This document shows, piece after piece, positions 53,030 to 64,000 of a stretch of DNA of 64,000 bases. Within the stretch, counting starts at the first letter, position 1, and each line of letters opens with the position of its first letter. The notes beneath the pieces were generated by a model, which saw only the letters and a program-made list of their open reading frames with translations, was not told the DNA's origin and made no database searches. Origin of the DNA: Paraspadella gotoi (lineage: Eukaryota; Animalia; Chaetognatha); the NCBI GenBank assembly GCA_051294375.1, contig CM119269.1, positions 4,122,557 through 4,186,556 on the forward strand. Direction: 5' to 3'. The translations under genes were made by a program, and so were the position numbers.

Positions 53030-55227
53030 TCACGTGCTCAGCGTCTGCTGATCTTCGGGGATGACGCGGCGACGTCGAACAAGAAGAGCGCCGACGATGA
53101 AGACGATGATGAGGGCAAGGACGCCGACGAGGACTCCGAGGCCGATGACGAGCGAATTGGACCACTTGGAGGCGTGGTCTTTGCCGTCGTCGTCCTTGTT
53201 GGGAACACTTTCGGATGTCGCCTCGCAATAACGTCCTGGAAGATGGAGAGAAATTTGGTTGAAAGACAAATATTACTATTGACTCATTTCGAGGAAAAAT
53301 CATATAGAATTTTGATAAGAAACTGTGTTAAATCTATAAAAAATAAATATCTAGCCTGGTTTGTTCGGATCCCCGAGGTCTTTGTATCCCGGTTTGCAAT
53401 CGCATGTGAACGACAAAAGTTCCTCTTTGCAACGAGCGTGAATGTGACAATCGTTTTCATTGTACAACGAACAGTAGGGAAATTCTGGAATGTCACGTTT
53501 GGTTAACTTTTTTTAAAAATAAAGAAATAGATTTTTATCCTAAAGAACTGAGAACAAAGGAAAATTGTGAATCGATGCAAGATAATAAGGTTTGTTTACG
53601 TGAGATTTGAATCGAGTCGAGATCGATTGCAAGAGAATTAGCGATTCTCAGCGAAGCCTTGACTTCGTCCATGAGCCCTTTCATTCCCAACACGCTGTTT
53701 CTTACTGTCTTCACCACGTTAACTCTGGAAAATAAAAAAAAAAAATATTTGTTTACAATTATTTAATCATATCTTTTGATTTTGATTCCAGGATTGTTTT
53801 TTTTCATTTCGTCATTACTTAAAGCTGATGGTAGTTCCTTCTTTCAAAGAGAGAACCTCCACTGATAGCGAAGCGTCCAAAATTAGTCGGAAGAGATTTT
53901 TCAACTGCAAACGAATCAAAAGCGTCGCTAAATTAATTATATCAGACAAGACAAAACCACGTGTACATCGTCATTGAAAGATAAAAGTACTTGATGGCCA
54001 AACCACATGTCCAAAAGCACAATTCCACTATTTTATTTTTAACACGCTACTTAACAAAATATTGTTTTATACAAAAATCACAACCCAAACGACTTACTAT
54101 GAAATCTTATAAAATGACCAACTCCTCACCTCCGCCTGAACAGTGGCCACGGTCGCTTTGTACTCGTCCGATTGAGTGTCGTCCCACTTGGGTGAGTAAG
54201 CGAGCTTCTTGGACAGAGCTCGACCGTTGAAGGACGACTTGATACTGCAGACGCCCGCCGACTCCATGCGGCCTCTCGGGCAGCGACAAGCGTAGGATCC
54301 GACGGCGTTGACGCACTCGAAGGATGTGGCGCAGGGATTTTGGGAACATTCGTTGACATCTTAAAAAAATTAAAAATTATTAAAGAAAAGTCAAAAACTA
54401 TTAGAAAAAAGGAATTAAAAAAAAAAAGCTTTTTTCAACTGCTACAATATGCTAATGAGATTGTGTAACTCAATTTTTATTTGATATAAACCAAGGAGTA
54501 TCAAGCCAAGTAGCCACCAAAAGCAAATCGGATCGGAGACTGGGGCGATCTCCGCGGAAATGGAATCCCCGAATCATGATTGGTCAAGCAGGGAACCGGA
54601 ATCGACCATTCAGCTTGCAGGATCATATGAACTGTCAATTTTACCCACTTCGCCGATCCTCTTTCTTAGCTATAAATAGACATAGCTTGTTTTCGTTTCA
54701 GTAGCATTGAACAAGACTCCTGCGAATAACGTCTCATCCTGATTTCGCCCCTAGAAATCCATGAGTTTTTCCCTAATGTGGTGGCAGCGGTGGGATTCGA
54801 ACCCACGCCTCCGAAGAGACTGGTATATTTTTGGAATATATTTTTAAAAATAATATTTGGAATATATTTTTAATAATAATCCCTTCCTCCTCCTAAAATC
54901 TCTCAAAGAAACCGACCTTCGCAAGACGTCTTCTCACGCGGCGTCCAATCCGTCCTCGTCTCGTAGACGATGAGCTCCGACTCTTTGACCACCGACTCCT
55001 CGCATTCCAAAGTGGCGGGACCTTTGAGATCGAAGCCCTGGTCGCAGCGGACGGTCGCTTTGGACCCCACGTTGAGACCGTCGTTGGGGGTGGTGGTTCC
55101 GTGGGCGACGGAAGGCGGCGACGAGCAGCTGCGGCGATGCTCCACTTGGAAGCGAATGGAGACGGATTCCGTCGACTCTTCCAGGGATCTGGAAGAGGGA
55201 ATGTTTTATGTCATAAGAATTGAAGCT

Positions 55228-55309
<82 letters not shown>

Positions 55310-57935
55310 CACTCCATACCAACCTTTTCCTTCGACTCTGACAGCCTCGAGTGCACTTGTTGGCGCCGAAGTCTTTTTTGAGAAGAAGCTCGTGACAAAG
55401 GCTGACGACGCACTTGATGGTGAGCAGACCTTTGTTGGTGGCCTGGGAGTTTCCGGCCCACTGGAAGGCGATCATCTCAAAGTGTCCGTTGCTGTAGACG
55501 CCGTTGCTCGCCGTCACCGCTTTTGTCGTCCCTTGCAGTACGCTGAGAAGAAATAATCGTAATTTGAAATATCAACTTAAGGTATCAACCAATCAATCAA
55601 TAAGAAATTATCTAAATTTACCTTTTGTAGGGATCCCGGAAGCAATTTTCCGCCGTAATTATTGATGCAGAATCTCCACCGTCGGACACAATCTGTATTT
55701 TTAAACGAGAAAACAAGAATTCATCGAGACAATAAACTTTGTGAACCAAAAGAATCGATGAATCACTGACGTCGACTGTGTGAAAAGCCGCGTGAATTCC
55801 AACTGCAACGTTCTTGAATGAGATGCGGATTCGTTCGCCGAGCAGAACGGATGTGGGTGTGACCCAAGCTGAGTTGCGCCACACCTCGAGCCTGCGGATG
55901 ATTAATGATAAATGATAAATGATAAATGATTGAGAAACTTTTACCGAAAAAGGCACGCGGAAAATTTAACGCGAAGCACTTTCTTATTTTTAAAATTAAA
56001 CAAACTGGTAAATTAATTAATTTTTACCGGCATAACTTATGACAAAAGTTAAGTCTTTTAAAGAAATATTTTAATGATGGCTCTTACTTGAGATCGACTT
56101 TGAGCTTGACGTCAACATGGTGGGTTCTTTTCTCTACGTAAACAGACGCCTGCACCATAGTTTCTCCCTTGTACTCGCAACTGAAACAGCAGGGAAATTA
56201 ATTTGTAATTTGAACAAAAGTACATCGCGCGATTTCTAAAGGATTTTTATGGCAACAGACGTGATGGCTGTGATGCCTGAGATGCCCATTGGGATGGGTC
56301 ATCTCACGGTTGGCTTTGGGGGCTTCCGACCCTCAGTGTCGCCTCCAGTCACTGGCGCGGTTACCCTATCTGTTTGCTTACGGAGCAACTCAAGGTATAA
56401 GTCACTTTTCGATCGTCAGTCGGTCAGTCGTTGGAAAATCCCACTTACGTTTTAAATGCTCAAAACCCAAGTAATATTGCATCAATATGGATAATACTTG
56501 AGCATACATGCATAAATTGCATGTTTTATACTTCATACTTTCATACTTCACGTGAAATTAAATCATATCAAGGTCAACAATTTTAACTTAAGTAATAATT
56601 AATCAAAATACTATTAAATACTTTTCAGAGAGATGAAGTATTATTATTGCTGCTTGTACAATCTTTCATACTTGGTAGTCACGTCATCGTCTGCAAATTA
56701 ACGTTTGTATATAACGAAATCGACTCGGCGCAACACCTTCCAACTTATCGGCTTTTGTGATGGAACATATATTTTTTTAAATTAAAAGTTACTCATATGG
56801 TGGACTAATATCCACCAACCGTTCATCAGCGGACTTTGGCGCAGGAGGCAAGTCATTCGCCTCCCAACACAGAGGTCCGGGGTTCTAACCCGGTGGTCGC
56901 CTAGCAGTTAAGAGGGACGGGGCGCTTAACTCGCCTGTCACACCGTGTTACACTCTGATCCGAAGCTCAGGGACTGCTTATATTGAACGGTTCTGTCACT
57001 GACTCATAACGATTATTAATGTCTCTTCACTCACACGAGATCGTAGTCCCTCTTGATTTTCATCGGGACTCCAGCGGAATGACCCACGTCGCTCCGGTTG
57101 ATGTTGTTGTTGTAGCCTTGAATCATCTCGTCCAGGATTTCCCGTACGGTTGTGTTGCCGGTGACGTTCATCGATCCGTAGGTGTCGTTGATGTGTCGGT
57201 AGAATTTGTCGGCAATCTCGGCTGCCGGGACGACGCGATTGTAGCCGCCGCTGCCGTAGACGATGCCCGTTACTTGAGACTTGGCCGAGGCGACGACGTC
57301 GGCGAGACCCAACCGTCCGCCGATGGAGATGGTGGCGTTGGCGAAGCGTTGGTGGAAGAACTCCTCGAGATTCTTGGAGACACGGTCGACGATCGGTTGG
57401 AAGAGACGAAGGAGATCCTTCGTTTGATCTTTGAAGCCGGTGGAGTTGAGACAGTCGGAGCCGAAGAGCAGAGAGAGTTTGGCATCGTAGTGAAAGTATT
57501 GTTTGGGTGGGGAAGCCCAGTGATCCGACGGTTTCGTTTTGATTTCCTTGGAGGAAAAGTAAATATAAGGTAAGTTTGCATCATGCGTTATACGTTATAA
57601 TGAGATAACGTCGAGCCAATTAGTCAATAGTCATCGCGACATGGTGTTTTTTTTTTTAACCGACTGGCGGCTGAGCGATAAATTCAACTGTTAAACATTT
57701 TTCGATAATTTCAGTCTTCCTTCAGAATCAAGTTCAACTACAAATTTCACGTAAATTCATGCCAGTCGCACACCGTACTCACCATGTTGGCACACTCGTT
57801 CGTCTCAACCCAGAAGCGAACGAAATCGTAGTTGGTCTCGTTCGCGGTTCCGGTCGGCCGGAATTCCGGCTTCCATCTGTCCGGCTCTCGGCCGTGAGTT
57901 CTCGTCGCGTTGAGTTCGTTATTGAATTCGGTTTT
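53030..57935 (-). CDS. Paralog C exons 4-15 (~896 aa together with exons 1-3)
   Basis: Exons 57935-57783, 57546-57035, 56180-56088, 55891-55771, 55692-55622, 55542-55324, 55188-54917, 54359-54130, 53904-53819, 53724-53600, 53484-53356, 53235-53030. Motifs YDLVCEYK, IKCVVSLC..KCTRGCQSRRKR, Sushi, DVNECSQNPC, SEA, EGF, TM LVIGLGVLVGVLALIIVFIVGALLV. Confidence 0.87.
54482..54778 (+). mobile_element. Probable solo LTR of a tRNA-Leu-primed LTR retrotransposon, in intron 10 of paralog C
   Basis: Starts TG, GC-richer than flanks, TATAAATA at 54671 followed by a tcagt initiator-like motif, directly abutted by the PBS-like TGGTGGCAGCGG. The 3' end reads TG rather than CA. Confidence 0.5.
54779..54824 (-). 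pseudogene. Reverse-transcribed 3' half of mature tRNA-Leu including CCA
   Basis: Minus strand ACCAGTCTCTTCGGAGGCGTGGGTTCGAATCCCACCGCTGCCA-CCA: variable arm, T arm and acceptor of eukaryotic tRNA-Leu; the 5' half is absent. Confidence 0.85.
56797..57030 (+). mobile_element. tRNA-derived SINE, family 1
   Basis: A-box-like tggcgcaggagg and B-box-like gggttctaaccc; homologous copies at 46050-46265 and 34783-34925 (internally deleted). Confidence 0.65.
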
Positions 57936-58032
57936 CTGAGATCGAGGGAGATGAAACAAATTAAACGACGAACATCGAACATTTAATATTTAGAACTTGA
58001 TATGAACAAAAGTTAACATTTATGGAAAGACG

Positions 58033-58066
58033 GACATGTTTCGACTTTTTTGCGAGTCTTCGTCAG
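58033..58066 (-). ncRNA. Minimal hammerhead-like motif
   Basis: CTGACGA-a-gact[cgcaaaaa]agtc-GAAACATGTC. Confidence 0.5.
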
Positions 58067-59660
58067 CGCTCAAAATAGATTTTTCGGTGTCTCTATATTC
58101 GAAAGCAATAAAAAAAAAAGGAAAACACATAATAAGATTTTAATTATCAAGTGCGTTTAGCCACTGTTCACTATTCAATAAATCTGCATATTAAAGAAAA
58201 GTGATTTGCCTTAAAACTTAAAAGTAAAGGACAAAAACTCTTGACTTTTGTATGTAAATTAAAAACCAAGAAAAAAAAACCGTCCGTCTTTCTCTCTCTA
58301 GAGAGAGAGGGGGGGGGAATGAGGTGGGGAGCAAGGGGTCTATATGATACGGAGAACCGCTTTTTTTTTTCCTTTTAAAGCTTCAATCGTCGATCGTAGA
58401 GAATCTAGTCTCTAACGTCACCGACGCTTGATGTCGAATTAGATCGTCTCTCTGTTTCGTCCGTCACGTGATATTAAAAGACAAAGGATTTAAGGTTCTT
58501 TTTTATGAATTAACTTCAAATTAAACCTGGATGAAATTAAAATCGTTACTTAAAATTGGTAAACAAAAACAGAATCATGAATAGTAAATTCAAATTAAAT
58601 TAAACTTGGTATTTCTTAAATAAAGATCCTGTATTGAACGCTTTTGTTTAAACATTTTTAAATCAATCTTTAACGATTAACTTTATTTGTTATCAGGAAT
58701 CAAAAATGGCAGTAAGTTTTAATTCTAATCATTGAATGCCGGGAAAAAATCAAAATATCCATATCGTAAAAGCGTTTGTACTATATACAATTTTACGTTT
58801 TGTTTACAAAAATAAATATCGTTATTATCGTAAAGCGATACATGACGAACCCGTCAAATCGTTAATATCGCTTGCCTCCTTGCACGCTTTAAAAAAGTAC
58901 AAGAACATAGAAATATAAAAATTACATCAGATTTAACTTTTGATTTGAGCACGTCTGTTTTGTACTAAATTTCAGATATAAACAGTAAACGCCTGTGCAA
59001 ACTCAGATTAGCGTTCTCGCCGTTTGATTATATCGTAGCGTGTTTTATCCGAAATATAATTAAATCGTTTGGAATACAAAAAAACAATTTTGACAATTGA
59101 TGTTCCAAATTAGCCGACTTTTGTTTCTGCTTTTCCCATCTCCCAATTTTTCTCGAATTCCCAGTTGTATTTTTTTTTCCGCCAACGAGAAACAGTAAAC
59201 ACGTCTGCGTGATTTGTTTACACGACTGACACTTCGATCGATACATTTCGCTGACCCCCGTCCCGAAATGTCGGACTCAATGCTTATCGGAATTAGGAGA
59301 TTCAATGTCTATTTAAACTATGAACGATTCTCCCTTTAATATTCATAATACGAAGTTTAAATTTTCTTGAATATTCTTATTTCCCAATGATTTGCGCAAA
59401 CTCAAAATCTAAATCTCATTTGATAATATTTTGTTTGCCCTCGATTAAAATAAATTGACAATGACTTCCATTTATTATTTAAAAAAAATAATTCTTTTTT
59501 ACGAAAATGACATATATCTGAATTTTTGTCGATCTTTACAGCTGCCCTCCTTCCAGACCAAATAGCATTTCCAAATTCTAGGTGTTTGTCAAATTCAACC
59601 TTATTTATAAAGTTATAACTCAAAATTTAACAATCTACCATCCCTCATCTCCTCGTTAAG

Positions 59661-60121
59661 GTTTGAGTCAGTACCGAATCTGGACTTCGGGAAACGACCT
59701 GGCGTTGGAGAACGACTGGCGTTGGGCGGCGCCCGGAAATCCCAGGATGACTTACTTCAATTGGAGTCCGGGTAAGGAACCCCTGGGAAAAAATAAACTA
59801 AGCTCACATCGAAAGATCTCTTGAATCGCAACCACGGGTCATCATTGTCCCTAAAGCCAAATTATTAACAGTTCGGACAGTTTTTTTTCGTATTTTCTGT
59901 TATTTTTCGGTCTATGTAGTTAATTTTGGTTTTCTGTCCTAGTCCGTCTAATTTTATAACTGAAGATTAAACCTCAACTAACAAAATCTATTACAGGCGA
60001 ACCGAACAACGACGTCGGATTCGAACATTGCATCGAACTCATCTACAACACAAACTTCAAAATGAACGACATGCAATGCAGAACCATGAACCCTTTTGTC
60101 TGCGAAATGTACATGGCGTGA
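59661..60121 (+). CDS. C-type lectin domain protein, last two exons
   Basis: 59661-59771 RIWTSGNDLALENDWRW..YFNWSPG; 59997-60121 EPNNDVGFEHCIEL..MNDMQCRTMNPFVCEM*. EPN motif present; 5' exons not found in the window. Confidence 0.85.
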
Positions 60122-60781
60122 ATAGGCGTTACATGACATGGCATGGTGTGCGACCTTACCTAAATCGGGACGTTAAAGTTTAAAGTATTTTTTGTCCTCC
60201 AAAGTTTCCTCATTTGGAAAGGTATCGTTACAGTTCGCTAACAGGGAGCCACGTTTAATTTATTGCTGCAATAATTGTAAGTGTGCAATGATACGAAGCC
60301 TTTCTAATTCTATTTCATTCCAAATTCTCTCCGTTTAACCGAAAATCGTTGTAAATTTATTTTCTTTGTACAATTTAGTTATACATGTAGAGGTTTTTTT
60401 TGGTTTAAAATCTGCGAAAGAGCTGAATGTGTGTAAATATTTCGAACCTAGCCATTTTATTTTCTCGGCCTCAAAGTAATTAACATTTTTTTTTCAAATT
60501 CACGAATTTATTGTTCTTTTGTCGTCGTAAAAAACTTCGTATTCATTATTCAATAAACAAAATACAATGCTAGGCACAGATTTTAAAACCACAAAACGAG
60601 AAGTTAAATACAGTAATACTAATAGGTTATTCAAGCAAGGCAGCTAGTGAGACAAACTGAATAAATAACATGAAATTTATCAACAAAATGTTCAGTGAGT
60701 AACAGTCAGAAATTGATAGAGAGAGATTGCGAGAATCAATGCCATTGTTCTTGAAGAAAAACGATTATTCAATTTTCACTG

Positions 60782-62533
60782 TCATTGTTTATCGCTATCC
60801 GCGGTAGATGAAATTTTCTGTCGGAAAATATTTAGAAAATTCGGTTTGATTAGGCATTGTATAAGGGAACAAAATACATATGTAGTTATACAATCCGAAT
60901 ATGTTGTTCGCTACCTGGTTCACATTCTCGATGGCAAGATGCAGACGATCAATCACCGAATCCCTAGAAAGTAAACACGACAATATTCAAATTATATTTT
61001 TATATAGTTAGTTAAATATTTTTTTGTTTCTCACATCTTCGTCCTCCAAGCGCGAATTCTTTCGATGTCGTCGCCACGATCTTCCACCATTTGACACAGT
61101 TTTCCGCGGACCTTGTCGTTGTCGTTGTCGTTGTTGTCGTTGTGGATGGTTTCGATTCCGCTGATGAGATGGTGGACGCGAAGCAGTTGATGCAGCGCCA
61201 CCAATAAAGCTACGATGACGGCGACGACGACGATAACAATCGCGCAATTGCGACTGATGGAAGAGTTAAAAGGGAAACTTTATTTTGACTTTTGATGCGA
61301 GTTGCTATGCACTTGATAATGAGAATATCTTAAGAAATTGGTACAACCAATATAATAATTATACATTCATTTAATAAATAAGCTATAAATAAGCTAATAA
61401 ATAAGCTATATAATTGAATTTTTTTATAAACATTTAATAGATAACTTAACGATCGTTTACTAATTACTAATTTACTAATTACCTCCGGTGCGTCGAGTAC
61501 CACAACGACGACAACAACGACGACAACGTGCCGATCCAAATCCTGTTTTGATCCAATTTCGTTGAAGGCGAATTCGCTTTATCAAAAGTTTTGTCGCAAG
61601 AGTCAGGAACAGTGAAGTTTTGAAGGCGAGAAATTGTTTTCGCTTTCGTCGTCGTCGTCGTTGCCATCGAGTCAGTTAACGAAGGCAGCAATAAACTGAA
61701 TTTTGGTTTGGTTAATACTTAATACTTAATACTTAATGGAACTTCAAACCTGATAAGTTAACACTCACCTCGATCTTATCGAGCCCCGACTTTTTTTCAA
61801 CTTTTTCCGGTTCGAATCCGATCCACCAGGTTCGCTGTCCTCCGGATCTCCCTCGTTGTCGGACAAAAAAGCATCGTCGTCTTCGTTGTCAGAAGAATTG
61901 ATGTCGTCGTCGTTGTCGTCGTCGTTGTCGTCTTCGTCCTCTTCGTCGTCATCGACGAATTCCGTTTCTTGATGAAATCGAATCGACGCCTTAAGTTTTA
62001 TTAAATGATTTTGTTAACTTGGGTCATGTTAGTCTTGTTTGTTTGTTTCTATAAAGCAATGTACCTCATTTGATCGTGATCTTCGGATTGAATTCGTTTT
62101 AGATTCTGATTTCGACGTAGAATTTCTCGCGAACTTAAAACAAAAATTAATTTCTTAACCAAGTTCAGATTTGTCATTTGAAATTATTTACCCGACAAAT
62201 TTTTTAAGTTACAAAAGATCTGTTTCCCTCTTTAAAAATACTTTTCGGAATTAGGTTTTAACTCATAATAATAAAATACGTATTATAAAGAGAAATACAA
62301 TTTTAAAGAATCGATATATGACTAGCAACTAAATTGAGTTTCTTGAGACGCCCCCCTCCGTTGCCCTTTATTCAATGTCTTCAAGACTCAAGGAGACAAG
62401 TGGACTTGATTGCACTCATCTTTTTCTTAAGACTTTCCAACGAAAACTCAATACTTACTTCTCTGTGACGATGAAAAATCTTCGAGAGGAGACGAAAGGC
62501 CGAATCGCGAGCCAGAAAAGATCCGAATACGTA
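60782..62533 (-). CDS. GRAM-domain protein, 3' exons (end of GRAM, acidic linker, TM, C-terminal helix)
   Basis: Exons 62533-62459 (YVFGSFLARDSAFRLLSKIF), 62133-62065, 61989-61769 (D/E-rich), 61695-61483, 61253-61035 (TM AIVIVVVAVIVALLVAL), 60963-60915, 60817-60782. All phases are compatible; no VASt domain seen. Confidence 0.8.
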
Positions 62534-64000
62534 CTGAGAGGTAAATACAGACCTTATTACGAGAGAGAGAGAGAGAGGAGAGCGGGGGTTTTCCAGTAAA
62601 GGGCATAAGGGTACGTTGGCGAGCTGGTAAGGGGGGTCGGAGGTTGAAGGTGAAGATGTCCGTCTCACCTCATCCATTCGAGGGGGAAAAGTTGTTACCC
62701 TTCGGGGGATTTCCGGCGGTGAAGAGAAAAGAGTAAGTCACGCTTGGAAAGATTTCAATTTAACCCTATCATCGAATTGAAGAGTGAGCGTCTCTCTCTT
62801 TTAGGCTATGCGCTACCTCAAATCTCTGCTCAATTCACTCTTTTCTCTCTCGCCAAATGTATACAAATGAAACAAAAGGTCGAATGATATTTGTTTCTTT
62901 CTTAGTTTAAATTCTATTCTGGAACAAAAAAATTTTAAGGTGAAAATTCATCGAAATCAAACGTTAATAAAAATAGCAATAAAAACCGGGAGTTTTAAAA
63001 TCATTATCATTATCATTATCCTGTCTTTTCTTTTTTCTCCCTTTTTTTTAAATTCTTTTATGCAATCAGGTGTAATTTTCGCTCGAGGTTCAAACTTTTT
63101 TGGTGACGGAGAAAGCATACTACGTAGAGGGTCTTCGTCTTGGACGGTTTACGGTTACAGTGCCTTGCCCACCTTGATCACCCTTTGCGATTGACCACCT
63201 CCTACCACCCTTAGACCACCTCCAAGATGAGAAAAAAACTTTGAGATTCCCCGACAGCGATTAACATCAAACATTTTCTAACACGAACTCGTAAAAAACT
63301 GGTAGACGACGACAACCGCTCGAGTAGGTTGTGAAGATTGCTTGTTAAAACGTTTATAGTTATTAATATTTTTTTTAAACATATTTCTACTGCTTTATTT
63401 TTTAAAGCAGTACGATGTACTGGTTAATAAAATTTCTTAGCGCTTTTTACGAAGACTTAATAACGATGTAAACCACGAAAAGGACCCCGAAGTTTATTAA
63501 TACGTAAAAGTCGACATTGATGACGACGACGATAGCGACGACGATAACGACGACGACGTCCAAACTGAGCTAAAAAATCGCACTTTACTTTACTTTACTT
63601 TTCTGTAATACGGCCACAACCTCGTCTTTCTCTCTTACCCTACTTTTACCTTTCCCCATTCGAATGAGTATAGTATCCGCCATAAGTAGGTTTAGGGTAA
63701 GTGCGCCCTTTTTCCAACCGCTTTGAAAAAAAAGGTTTAACGTTCGGTCTCTAAAAAAATATTTAGAGTAAGGTCTTAAGCTAAAAAAAAAAATATTTAG
63801 AGTAAGGTCTAAAAGAAGGTCTAAGCTAAAAAAGAAAAAAAAAGAAATCTGTCGGGTTAATGTTTCCGATCAAAAAAAAAAGAGAGAAAAAAAAGCTCAA
63901 AAGAATTCGTCGGGTTTTTTTTCTTCTCTGGCACGGATGCAAATTGGTCGGGAAATCCCTAGGGTAGGTTTTTCCCCTTTTGGAAAGAGAGAGAGAGAGA

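Noticed and set aside
54779-54824. Functional tRNA-Leu gene
   Set aside because: Only the 3' half is present and it has an encoded CCA
57019-57573. 184-aa + strand ORF
   Set aside because: Antisense shadow of paralog C exon 5
60915-60990. LLSRDS as the end of the GRAM domain
   Set aside because: No splice acceptor before it. The better match YVFGSFLARDSAF is at 62533, and this exon joins in phase at ag|GGATTCG

Overview
AT-rich, intron-containing animal (invertebrate-like) genomic DNA with many microsatellites and N gaps. The main content is a tandem family of three paralogous 15-exon genes (called A, B and C here). Each encodes a ~900-1040 aa type-I membrane protein: signal peptide, ZP-N split by two large insertions, uromodulin-type ZP-C, furin site (RKRR/RRKR), hydrophobic patch, Sushi/CCP, EGF-Ca, SEA, EGF, TM and a short tail. 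This order is unusual because the ZP module is N-terminal rather than membrane-proximal. Also present: a GRAMD2-like gene, the 3' exons of a C-type lectin, an intronless COX5A-like sequence, tRNA-derived SINEs, a Helentron-type non-autonomous element, hammerhead-like Penelope-type motifs, and a probable solo LTR fused to a reverse-transcribed tRNA-Leu 3' half. The assembly is damaged. Positions 1-34 kb hold 2-3 redundant, partly error-rich copies of one locus. Many blocks are in the correct order but individually reverse-complemented, which splits genes A, C and the GRAM gene. All domain calls were made by eye from manual splicing and translation; no database search was run.
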